From positions 620,001-684,000 of the forward strand of contig OY253682.1 in NCBI GenBank assembly GCA_958009085.1: a stretch of DNA of 64,000 bases. The letters run 5' to 3'. The translations under genes and the position numbers were made by a program. Within the stretch, counting starts at the first letter, position 1, and the number at the start of each line of letters is the position of its first letter. Source of the stretch: Protoeuglena noctilucae. Its lineage: Eukaryota. Of the stretch, positions 49,801-60,666 are shown piece by piece. Below the pieces are notes generated by a model. That model was given only the letters and a program-made list of their open reading frames with translations, was not told where the DNA came from and searched no databases.

Positions 49801-52558
49801 TCCTCACGGTCACCTGGGGATAGCACGCGTATCGCTTGTCCGGCAGCGACACGATGGCGTCCTCCCCCAGGTCTGACAGCGCCTCTTCCACGGGGGAGAA
49901 GTCGACGTGGAGCAAGTGGCCCTGGCGCGCCTCCTCGTCCAGGTCACTGCCGGGCGGCACCAGCAGCGCCAGCCACTCGCGGGGCACGCGCCTGCGGGGG
50001 CGGGCCAGGGCGTGGATGCGTCATGTGCGGAGGACAGCCAATCATGAGACGTGCGAATGGCGAGAGCGAGGCATGCGCCCCCACCGGAAGGCCCAGGGCA
50101 CGGTGCGTGCGACCCGGAAGTTGTGGGGGTTGCACCCCTGGACGAACTGCCTGCCGAACTCAATGTCCACAGCCCATCGGTCTTGCCTGACCATGAAAGG
50201 GATGGCGCCCTGGAAAGGCGCCGCCATCGCCGCCTGCGGAGGCACAAAGCATATGGCAGTCAGCAACCGCGGGAGGTACCTGAGCATGACAGAGCGACCA
50301 TACTTGGAGTCATCATCGACGGGCCACGCACCTGCTGCTCCACGTTCCAGTCCTGCTTGGAGTCGTTGGCCAGGTTCTCCCCGATCATGCGGCTGGGCAT
50401 GCGACCCATGTAGATGGGGTTCACGCTCCCCTTGAACCTGTGGAACTCCTCCAGAGACTCGGGCTCCACAGGCTCGGACTCCTGGGGGTTGCGGTAGGTG
50501 GGCAGAGTGGGGGCACTGCCAGGATGGGAGCAGGTGCAAGCCCGGCTCGACGTGCCATCGCATGCCATCGCTGCCATGTCACGGCTGTCACCTGCACCGT
50601 CTCCATCGGCTCGTCGGGTCCGCTGTCGTCCTCAAACCAGTTGATGTGCGCCGACGCAGCGAGGGACTCCAGGTACCTGCGAGAAGCGCGGGAGGATGAT
50701 GTGTTGGCACGCAGGGGTCTCAGGTAACGCATCCCACGCTAACGCAGCTGCACACAGGCATGGGCGGCACCCCGCCTCCCATCCCCGCTCGCCTCTGGTG
50801 GGTGAGCTTGGACATCTGGATGGTGGCCAGGTCGCCCATCCCCAGCCGCTTCTCCACGACCGCCTCCACCTTCACCCCCGCATCCTCCGCCGCCTTCAGC
50901 CACTTCTTCTTCCCGGCCCCCTCCCGGGACGTCTTGGCACGCCCCGGCATCTGCCCCGTGGCCTTGGCGATGCGCGCCGCCTCCCGCGCATCGATCGCCT
51001 CCTTCCGCCGAGCGCGGTCCCGCTCCAGCTGCTCTTGGATCTTGCGACGCTCCTTCTCCAGCTCCTCCTGCACCCACGCATGCGACGTCTTGAATGGCTC
51101 TGTCGCGGTGCCTGGATGGCCATCCCAGGCAGGCGCCGACGGCAAGCAAGGGGCCAGCAAGGGCACACGCGATGCAGCGCAGGAGACTCGCCTCCGTCAT
51201 GAAAGCGGCGCCCTTGCCCTCGTCCAGCTTGACGACTTTCCCACCAATCAGGATCTTGGCCACTTGCTTGGTCTTGCACCGGTTGGGGGCGCAGAAGTCG
51301 GCGATCTGCTTGGCCCTGCGGCCGACGCCGAATGCGGGCAAGTGACGGCCGCCCTGATGCACAGGCACGCGGGGTCGCACAGGCACACATGCGGCCCCCG
51401 CCTCGCCTGTCAAAGGTCCGCTCCTCCTCCTTCATCGCATATAGCTCCCCGAACACGGAACCCTCCCGATCGTCCCCAAAGAACAACGACGACCACTTCT
51501 GCGAGCGCAGTTGAGCAGCGCGATGGCAGGTGCCCGGCACGAGTGTGCTGGCGCCGCTCAGTCCCGACATAGAGCGGCTTTGTCCCCCGCACCTTCCCCT
51601 GGGCGTCCAGCAGGTGTCCCGCCCCGCAGCTGAGCAGCGTCACTTGGGCCTCGTCCAGCAGCTCCACCAGCATACCCACGCGCGCGTCCACGGGCCTCTG
51701 GTCGATGGGGAGCTGGTCGAAGTCCTCGAAGCGGGAGGAGGCAGGGAGGCCGGGGGTGGTGGTGAGCTGGAAGGCCGCCTTGCGGGCCTCGACCTCAATG
51801 GCGCGGGCCGCCATCTGGTCCGGGGAGGCGAGCTGGGGCACGGGGCTGGACGCGGGGAAGAAGGTGCGGACCTCGTTGGCCTGCGCGAGCAACACGGGCG
51901 GGGCCACCGGGTGAGCAGGTGGTGAGGGGGACCGGCAGAGGAGGCGGGAGGGCACCCAGCAGCCCTCGCCTCGACCCATCCGAAGCAAGGGAAGGTGACC
52001 ATGTTGCCGGGGGTGGACACGTCGATGGCCAGGCCGTCGCGCATCAGGCGCTCGATCTCGACCCGCAGGACCTGCCACGTGGCGTCCTCCGGGACGTCCT
52101 CCCCGTCGGCAAACCGGTTGGTGAAGGCGATGAAGTCGATGGAGCCCAGGTCGTCCGTGGAGGGCACGCGCAGCTCCTGCAGGTGCGTGCCGTCCGGCAT
52201 CACCCTCAGCGGCTCCATGCCCTCGCACCAGGGGTCCTCCGAGTTGTTGCTCGGGCGCAGGCGGAGGGGCTTGGGGGCGCGCCGGTTCGACGAGGCCCCG
52301 ACGATGAGCTCGGGGTGCGCGCCCTGCGCATTACCCGTGAGCAAAGCTCCAGGTTCGACATGCCCAGCGAGAGGCCGCGACACCGCGGCGCTCGCGGTCC
52401 CCGAAAGGGACACGCCACGTCGCAGATGCCGGGGCCTGCCGCGCAGCTGGGTTAGCAACCCCGCGTCCGCTCACCTTCCCCGTGACATTATGACGACCTG
52501 AATAGATGCGGATACAGTAGAGCTGGAGCTCGAGGTTCTTGCTCTTCGCGTTGCCCAT
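46851..52558 (-). CDS. PLAT-lipoxygenase homologue, predicted catalytically inactive, with an N-myristoylation motif and C-terminal extension
   Basis: PLAT-like FPCFGWV; LOX motifs DIEFGRQFVQGCNP, PVAI, IFTPLD..WLLAKAFVGNAD, RSLPNAHPVYRFLHP, YPFREDAKLLWDAM, DDPELQ|SWF, IIWTTSA and PY.|.LMPSNI. Confidence 0.88.
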
Positions 52559-53231
52559 GTCGACCTCGCGTGAACATGCTAGGGCCCGTCGCGGGCGAGG
52601 GGCAGGGAGAAAGACGCGTCCTACACTTCAGCTGTCCACTTCACTTCCTCAGCGTACCGAAAGGGGACCAAGGGGGGCGCTCGACGCTGCTGGCGCCAAG
52701 GCGCAAAGCTGGGCCAAGGGTTCCACAGGGTTAGAACGAAGACATGAGGTGCACCCGTGTGTTTTACGCATCGTGTTCTCTACCCAGAGGGTCGCAGGGA
52801 CGCATGGATGCCGAATTGCTACCCCTGACACCCGTTCGCAGGAAAACAAAGGGGTCATACCCAGCCGCCGGCAGGCATTTTTAAGCCCGCGCCGGGACGC
52901 CCGGCCTCCACATGCGCGGGCGACTGACGGGTGACCGACAACGAGCTCAGCGCGAGGCAATCTCTTCAAGTGAGTCTCGCAGGGTTGCTCTCTTCCTGCT
53001 GCTGTGTATCGCCCATCCAGCCCATCCAGCGCTCCGTTGGCGCCCGCCATTGCTCACCGGGCCGGCTGACTGTGAGGCCGCTGGCCCAGTGTTCGCACGG
53101 CGGCTATTTTCGGCCCCCGCCACCCCGCCGCCTTTCCCGCGCCCAGCGGCGCTCCGAGCCCACGGCCGGCCCCGCCGCCGCTTTATTTTTGATTTTCACG
53201 CCTCGTGCCGGGCCCTGCGCTGACGGCGACC

Positions 53232-53947
53232 ATGGAGGATGACACCCCTCGACGTCGAGCCGCCACAGCTCCCAGTTCCTGGGTGCGTCGGCCGTGACCG
53301 CGTCTTTGTAGTCATAGTTACACTGACATGCTCGCCTCAGCGCCGGCCGCCCCCCCGTTCCCGGGGCGCGGCGGCTGGTTGGCCCACCGCTGCGCCGGCT
53401 ACCCCTGGCCTCGCCGTCCGCCGTGGCGCTGCCCAGCAAACGCTGGCGCAACAGCGAGCTGGTGGCATTTGCTTCCTCTGGACGCGATCCATGCGTCTCA
53501 GAGGCAATGACTTGCCCCACACCGCCACGGCGGTGCCGGCGTTGGGTTTTGTTGTGCGGCAAGGAAGAATACATGGCACTCTGGCAGCTTTCGCTCGCCA
53601 CGCACAGGCTCATGCCTGAGGCGGTGCCACACGAGCCATTCATTTTCGTTTGCTGCATTGCGTGTTGGCAAGGACGAGTTTCGGCACACCGGCAGCTTCC
53701 GCTCGCCACGCACAGGCTTGTGCCTGAAGCGGTGCTCAACGAGCCATTTTTCTTGTTGCGCTGCCTCTCCACGTTTTGGCAAGGACGAGTTTCGGCACAC
53801 CGGCAGCTTCCGCTCGCCATGCACAGGCCCGTGCCTGAAGCGGTGCCACACGAGCCACTTTGTTATTGCGTTGCCCCCCCATGTTTGGCGAGGACGAGTT
53901 TCGGCATACCGGCAGCTTCCGCTCGCCACGTACAGGCCCTTGCCTGA
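53232..53947 (+). other. Possible short spliced gene or pseudogene reading into the tandem array
   Basis: ATGs at 53232 and 53239, and a clean candidate intron 53283-53340 (GTGCGT...CACTGAC...CCTCAG). From ATG 53239 the spliced frame runs through three repeat units to a stop at 53947. No homology recognised. Confidence 0.3.
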
Positions 53948-54185
53948 GACATTGCCGCACGAGCCATTGTTTTTGTTTCATCGCTGGCAGTGAAGCACTA
54001 AGCATGGCCGGCAAGCTTCCGCTCGCCACGAGCAGGCCTTTGCCTGACTTATCATGCTGACGAGCCACGCGCTGTTTTGCTTCCCCTTTTGGTCGAGGCT
54101 GCGGCCCTGAAGAGTTTTGGCATGGACTGGCAAGCTTCTGCTCGCCACAACCAGGCGTCTGCCTGAGTCTGATGCCTCTGAGCCG
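53583..54185. repeat. Degenerate tandem array of six ~100-120 bp units
   Basis: Units start ggca(a)gctt at 53583, 53691, 53802, 53911, 54010 and 54129. Each contains gctcgcca...caggcNNNNgcctga...gagcc, and units 1-5 are followed by a T-rich variable segment. Confidence 0.92.
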
Positions 54186-54564
54186 AGCCCCAACCTCCCT
54201 GCCCAATCCTTTGCCATGCTTCTGTACAATCAATTGACAGCCAGCGCTCTTCTCCCGCCCGCAGACGGCCCCTGGCAAGTTGGCGGCGAGTCGGACGGAG
54301 GCGGACTGGCAAGGCTTTGGAAAGAGTAGGGTAGTATCAGCGGCTTAGATCGTGTCAATGTTTCAAGAGGGTCGAATATTGAAAACATTGAAGATGAAAA
54401 CAAATCACAGGAAGGAAAAAGAGCCGTCTTGACGTGCCAGGATGCGCGAACCGTCGCCCCTCGCTCGTGCAGGTCCCGGAACGCTCCTGGCACCCCGATA
54501 CATGTCCCTCCCTGCATGCATGATCCGGAGACGCTGCTGCGGAGGCTTCTCATCGCCACGCTGG

Positions 54565-56595
54565 CTAGCAGCCATGGCCCACCTCGTCTGCCTCACCGCG
54601 TCGGTCCAGAGACATGTCCAGTCGGCCCGCCACTCCGCTGCCGTCGCCGGACCCCGCGTGACGCGGCGGGACCCCGGCACTCGCTGCACCGCGCGGGGGG
54701 CGCTCTGCCGACCCATGCCGGGTGTGGCCCAGCGCGCTGACCCCCGAGAACTCTGACAGGGACGAGCGGGACAGGAGACGCGGGGGCTCTCCAGAACGCA
54801 CGCTCCGAGTGAACGCCGTCCCCATGCCCAGCCCTGCGGGGAATGATGGTGCAGCCGGGCGTCAGGGGGCCAGGGCTGGGGCTGGGTCACAGTGTGTTAG
54901 GTCACGTCATGGTGTGCCCCCCTGCCTACTCAACGCACCCGGTTGGCCTCCGTCCACAGCCAGGAGGTCCTCCAGCACGCGTTCCACACGGCCAAAGGCC
55001 GCGTCTACCCGCCGGTGAAGATGCGCGGCCAGGGACTCGGCCGCGTGCCGCTGCTGCCGCTGCCAATCCTCGCAGGCCACCTGCGCCTCCCGCACAGTGG
55101 CGTGGAACCGCGAGGGGAGCCCCGACGGCCCCGGGGGCAGGCTGCTGAACCGCTCCCACGCGTCCGGGCTGCGACGCAACGCCAGGGTAGAGGTCCATCT
55201 CTGCCTGCACATCCGCATCGCCTGGCAAGCAGCTCCTCCACCGTCTCACCTGACGCGCACGTACGCCGGCTCGAGCAACTTCTGCAGCTCAGGCAGCCGG
55301 GGAGGGGACGCGGGCGGGTGCGAGGACGTCCCGAAGGGGCCACGCTGCCATCCGGGGCTGTAGAGGACCGCAGGCGCACCCGGTCGCGTCGCAGTCGCAG
55401 TCGGCCTAGTCGGAGCTGGCGAATGGGGCTCGCCGCGAGTACTGGCACCTCCCCCCTGTCGGTACCGATCCGGGGACAGGGGCTCCGAGTGGGGTGGGGG
55501 GGAGCGGCGGCTCTGCGGAGAATCGCGGGGCTTGGTTCGTTGAAACACCCATAGAGTAAGAGATATGGGCGAAACACTCGAAGACCAACTGAAGGAAGGC
55601 ACTGGCGGCCCATGCACCTTGGACCCATGGTATGTGGGGCTGTACACGGAAGGATAGGGCCTGTTCGGCGAAGATGGGGCGTTCCTGCCAGGGGACAAGG
55701 CGCGCAGGGGTGACGACGGTAGTAACGACCTGCGGGCGATGACGCGGCACGGGGCAAAGGTCGAGCCGCGTGTCCACACTGGGCGTTTCCGCGACGAGGG
55801 CGCAGCAACAAGTCACTTGCCTTTCCGCTGCGGCGGGGTAGGCGCCCCTTGCAGGAGGCCGCGGCGAGGGGACCAAGAAGCCGTCTGCTGTGAGGCGCGT
55901 CGTGGAGTAGGGCGCTGGCTCAGGCACGGGCCCTGGTCTCTCCGCGGCAAGCGGGCCGGGGCGCCCGGAGCCCGCAGGCCGCGCAGCCGCGGAGGCGGAG
56001 GGTGTCTCAAAGAGACGCTGCGTGACCCCGGCAGGGCGGAAGGGCTGGGGAGACGACTGCTCGCGTTGGAGCGGGGCAGGGGGCCGCTCGGGGGAGCGCC
56101 GGGAGACCGAGGATGGCGCCGTCTGGCTTCGTCCCAAAATCGCGATGCTGGTGTCGATCGCCGAGCTGAGGTCGGCGAGGAGCCGGCCGCGGCTTGCGTC
56201 GCGCCCAGTGGCGGGGGCGGGGAGGATGGTCGACGCCCCAGCGGCGGGGTTGAGGGAGCTCATATCCAGGGGGCCCTGCCGAGAATGATCGTCCCCGACG
56301 TCGCGGGGTGGCAGCTGCGGGCGGGGGCGCGACGTGGTGGTGGAGGGACCGCACAGCTCTCCCTCGCATGGCGCCCCCATGCACGGCACGCAGCCGTCGT
56401 CGCAATTTTAACCCGGGGCTCAAAGGTCATGTTTCGCACCTTCTTGGACAGCTGGGTCTCGAGCTCATCGAGGATGCGGCTGGCCTCCAGCTTGGCCCTG
56501 TCGTCGCGTTGTCGATGCGGGCGGTACAGGGCCAGCGCGCCCGTGGAGGCGGACAGGCCTCCCCGCAGAGAGACGGGGGTCGACAGCGACGTCAT
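54565..56595 (-). CDS. Hypothetical multi-exon protein (helical segments plus low-complexity regions)
   Basis: MTSLSTPVSLRGG...KLEASRILDELETQLSKK, LLADLSSAIDTSIAILG and LHRRVDAAFGRVERVLEDLL, with plausible splice sites. No family recognised. Confidence 0.5.
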
Positions 56596-57045
56596 GACAG
56601 GATCAGAGCCGGTACAAAGGCAGGGACAGCGCAAGCAATTGCAAAGAAAGGCAATTGCGCGAGCAGATGAAGGCGGACAGCAGCGGCGAAGGAGGGCTGG
56701 GACGCCACGGCCTCCAATGTCGCGTTGTCCACAAAACACGTCGTCTGGCTGTCTTTTCTGATCACTGGTGAAACTTCAGAAACTGGCCCTTCCCAAAGGC
56801 TGAGAAGCCACGTCATGCGCAACGCACCCGGCAAACACTTGTATTTATGCTCTTCTCTGCTGGCCCCTGGTCACCCGTCTTCAGCCAGCCTCTGCCTTGC
56901 GCCAAAAGGCTCAGCGTGGGTACGCCGCCACCCCTACCAACGATTTGGCTTCGATTTCTTGCCCCATCCATCCGCGTGCGAGAACGTCTTGCCCAGAAGC
57001 GCCTGTCACGGCGGCAGGGCATCCTGCACAGGGCGGTGGAGGGTC

Positions 57046-58295
57046 ATGAGCGAGGCGGCCAAGGACGACGAGGGAGGAGATGCCCGCCTCGTCACGGCGA
57101 CCCTCAACATGCAGGGGATGATTGTGAGCAGTGCTTGCGAGCCAGCTGCCGACTGGGATTCCCCGGATGCCACTCCTGCGACCAGTCCCGCCCTGGGAGT
57201 CTGTTTGCGCCCCTACTTGCCGCTGGCGGGGTCGCCGACGCCTTCCGCGACAGCATCGGTCGTCATCCTTGCGGGCGGAAGCCAGCACGTAATCGGCCGC
57301 ATCGCCCCTCGCCGCAGGAGGTGGACCTCGATGAGATCGAGGAGGACTTCCAGTGCACCATTTGCAAGGGGATTTTCAAGCAGACCCACTACCTGGTCCC
57401 GTGCATGCATCTGTTCTGCAAGAGCTGCATCGAGGAGGCGCTGCGGAAGCAGACGAAGCCCTCCTGCCCGCAATGCCGGCACCCGGTGCCGTCCCGGCGC
57501 TCTGCCAAGCCGGACACCTCGTGGGACGAGCTCGTCGAGGCCTTCTTCGGGACAGACGTGGACGAGTACGAGGAGCAGAAGATGAAGCGCATCATGGAGA
57601 TGAGCCGGAGGAACATGGCCACCGTGCTGGCGGCGCAGAAGCGCCAGGCGGTGCTGTGGGGGGATGCTGGGGACCAACCGGCGGCAGCGGCAGGGCCGTC
57701 GAGCAAGCGGCGCAAGACGGACGCACCGGTGGCTTTCGCACCCCTGGAAGCGGAGGATGCCTCCCCAGCGGTGCGTGCGCCCGCCTACGCCAGGCTGTGC
57801 GCCCTTGCACCCTTACAGCGTAGCCCCGTGCGCTGGTGTGGCGACTCTGCGCGCGCCTTGGGCCTGCAGGAAAACGATCAGCTTGCGGCCGCGATCACTA
57901 GCAACCAAGTGGACGAGGAGACCAAGGACATGATGACGCTGCAGCTGTGGCCGGGGCGGGGCATGCAGGGCCTCAAACGCTACGTGGTCTGCATCCCCGG
58001 CCAGGCAACGGTCTACGACGTTGCGGTGAGGGTCGGCTTCACTGCGGGTTGCGGTCCTGTGGGGTGTTGTGCTGTGGGGGCGGTGCCGTGGAAGGTTGTC
58101 GCATTTGCCCCCTGGGGCCTGTGTCGCTCGCAGCTCGCCATGGAAGAAGTCATCGAACGGGGTATCGAGCTGGGGGGCAGGGGGGCCAACGACGTCGAGG
58201 TGGAGGTGGATGGGAACGTCCCATGCAATGACGTGCCCAGCACCATCGTAGACGAGGTGTCGGGCTTTGCGCGGCTCACCTACCACGCGGCTTAG
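57046..58295 (+). CDS. C3HC4 RING protein resembling PRC1 RING1A/B, with a possible RAWUL-like C-terminus
   Basis: FQCTICKGIFKQTHYLVPCMHLFCKSCIEEALR...CPQCRHPVPSRRSAKPDTSWDELVEAFFG.DVDEYEEQ parallels the RING1 pattern CPxCR....SRRSLRxD..FD.LI..L..D...YEE. C-terminal LQLWP...LKRYVVCIPGQATVYDVA. Confidence 0.75.
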
Positions 58296-58928
58296 GTTCC
58301 AGGATCATGGCCTGCGGGGGAGTACCTGTTGAATCTGGAAACGCAGGTTGTACCTCACGGTTTCTGATGGGTGCGGCCCATTGCTAGACTGCCCCAGTTC
58401 CTGAACACGGTCCACTGGCACATCGTGCGACAAATCCAGAGGCACGCCGTCTGCGCTGGGGGCGTGCCTTGCAGCGGAGCGACGGAGCGATGGAGGTAAG
58501 GGGCAGCTGGGTGCCGTCCGTGAGCGTCTCGGGGACTATATCACGCCGAATTTTAGCCGAAGGACAAGCAGACGACAAAGATGATCGAACAAGGCGGGAC
58601 GGGCGGGTTTTAGCCCGTCGCCTGAGCGGGACACGCACTGGTTGTTAGGCGGTCAACTAAGTGCGCGCCGCCGCCCTCTCTCGCGCAGGCAGTCTTCCTG
58701 GGAACATTCGTTCCGAGTGTAGAGCACAAACAAGCTCACCGGACCGCCACGGCGCGGCAGGGCGTGTTCGATGCGGCGGGGAACGGGTTCATCCGTGTCG
58801 GGCGCCCCCTCAACAGGGCCCGGACCACGAAGCGTCGGTCCTTGAGCCCCGTGACAACCGAGTCGCGCGTATCCGCGGACGAGGCTCGCGGAAGGGCGAC
58901 GAACCGTACCGCTGGCGCTGCGCCGTTG

Positions 58929-60251
58929 ATGCTCCAGGCCAGCGCTCTCGTGGCTGCACCGCACGCCAGTGCTCGTTTCCATGCGCTGCCCGCCAGCGTT
59001 CCAGCGGACGTCCGCGATCAGGACAGCCGCCGGAACGAGGCGCGCCGTCTCGTCGCCGCGTGGATTGAGCGCCGGGGGGGCACGGCTTGCCTCAGCTGCC
59101 AGGGCGGCGAGGGCGGCAGCACCATCCAGGCCCCACTCCCGGCATCCACGGACCCCCGCCCGTGGATCGCGGCCTGGAAGCGCAGGCGGTCTCGTTCGTC
59201 AGCGTCGGGCGAGCGGGCTCACCCTGACAGCAGCCCGACCCCAGCTGAGAAACCACGCGGGGTGAGTTGCGCTGGACTGACCTGGTGACTGGTCGTACAT
59301 GCGGCATTGCAACCGGCTACCGTGCATGTTGATGTCCCTTTCCGCAGGAGGGCAGCTTCGTTCGCCTCGGCTGGCCCTCCCCAGCCCCCCGGTCCGCCCC
59401 CGCGATGAGCCTGGGGAGGCACACGGCTCGCTTCGTCCGTGCAATGCGGCCTGTGGCGGCGCCTGCGCCGAGATTCGAGGGCCGCGTGGGCCGCGCCGCC
59501 CTCGCCGTGGATGTCCCCCCGCAATGCGACGTGGCCGTGGAGCCAGCAGGGCAGGGCAGCCCTGCCGAGTGCGTCGAGCAGGCCCTGCCACCCCCTTCCC
59601 AAGAAGACGTCGACTTCGATCCTGTGGCAGTCCGCTTGCCTTCCGCTCCGGCAGAGCAGGCCGTGCGCAAGGCGGCGGCCAGTCACGTCGCCGCTGCCGT
59701 CTTTGGCATCATGCCTGCGCCCATGCGGACGCCCGGTGCTCCCGCCAGCACGCTCCGCCGGGGATGCCGGCCTTTTGTCCCTGGCTACCGTGTCTTCCAT
59801 GCCGGCAAGGTGATGACGCTTGCTGCGGCCCAGCGCCATTTGGCAAGGCTCTCAGCCTCCATCCCGCGTCTCAGCAGCCGTGCCGCGTCCCCCTCAGGCG
59901 GTCGGGCCGAGGTCCGCGGAATCCCCGACTTCGGGCGGCCCGGTGCACGCCAATGCGGTGCGGTACCACGTCCCGGAGGACTGCCGTGCGGCGTTCCGGG
60001 CGGCTTGGGAAGAGAGACACGCGCTGCTGCGGGCCCAGGACGGCTTCGTGGACCTGGCCATCCAGGGGCTCGAGGGCGGAAGCGTCGTGCGGGTCACGAC
60101 CCGGTGGGCCAGCCGCGGTGCGTTCGTCAGCTGGATCGCATCGCCGGCGGTCAACAGGGTCAGCATGCCGGAGGGCGTGACGCAGTACGCGCCGGAGAAG
60201 GGGTCCAAGTCTTTGCCGGACCAGTACGTGCCCTTCGTCACGTTAGCATGA
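58929..60251 (+). CDS. Protein with a C-terminal ABM (antibiotic biosynthesis monooxygenase-like, dimeric alpha/beta barrel) domain
   Basis: AVRYHVPEDCRAAFRAAWEERHALLRAQDGFVDLAI...VTTRWASRGAFVSWIAS. The upstream exons and start are tentative. Confidence 0.65.
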
Positions 60252-60666
60252 CGGCGTTGACGCTGGCGGCCGGGAAGTAAGAACGCGGCACAGCGTGCAG
60301 TTTCTGGCCTTACCCGCACATGCTCTGCTTTGTCGAGTCCAGTGACGTCGTGCATGTCACTCTGATGTGAAGTCAGCTGAAACGTAACAGATCCCTTGCA
60401 TTTGAAACAGGCTCTTTTCAGACCTTTCAAGGAAAACGATTTTCGCTTCGTGCCATCGTGCCTTTACCTGGTGACTCGGATGCTGCGACACGCTGTGCAT
60501 GCCGTGCGTGGTTGGATCTCCGCTTCTTGCCCGGGGACGAGGTGCCGGACTCGACGTGGCCATCTTACCCGCCTCCGGCGCTCCTTTAGCCCCCTCACGT
60601 GTTTCAGCAGCGTGATATGTAAAGCGAGTATCGCCTGCCATCCCGTACTCGTCGCGCAGGCGCGTC

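Noticed and set aside
53640..53920. Hammerhead ribozyme in the repeat (minus-strand stem followed by GAAAC)
   Set aside because: There is no CUGANGA core on the same strand (it reads CUCGUGU) and no stem III or cleavage triplet.
53583..54185. CRISPR-like repeat/spacer reading of the array
   Set aside because: The conserved block is ~80 bp and degenerate, the linkers resemble each other, there are no cas genes and the context is eukaryotic.
21267..60251. The four cofactor-less enzyme homologues as one functional gene cluster
   Set aside because: They belong to unrelated pathways and compartments and are interspersed with housekeeping genes, and I see no shared regulatory signal.
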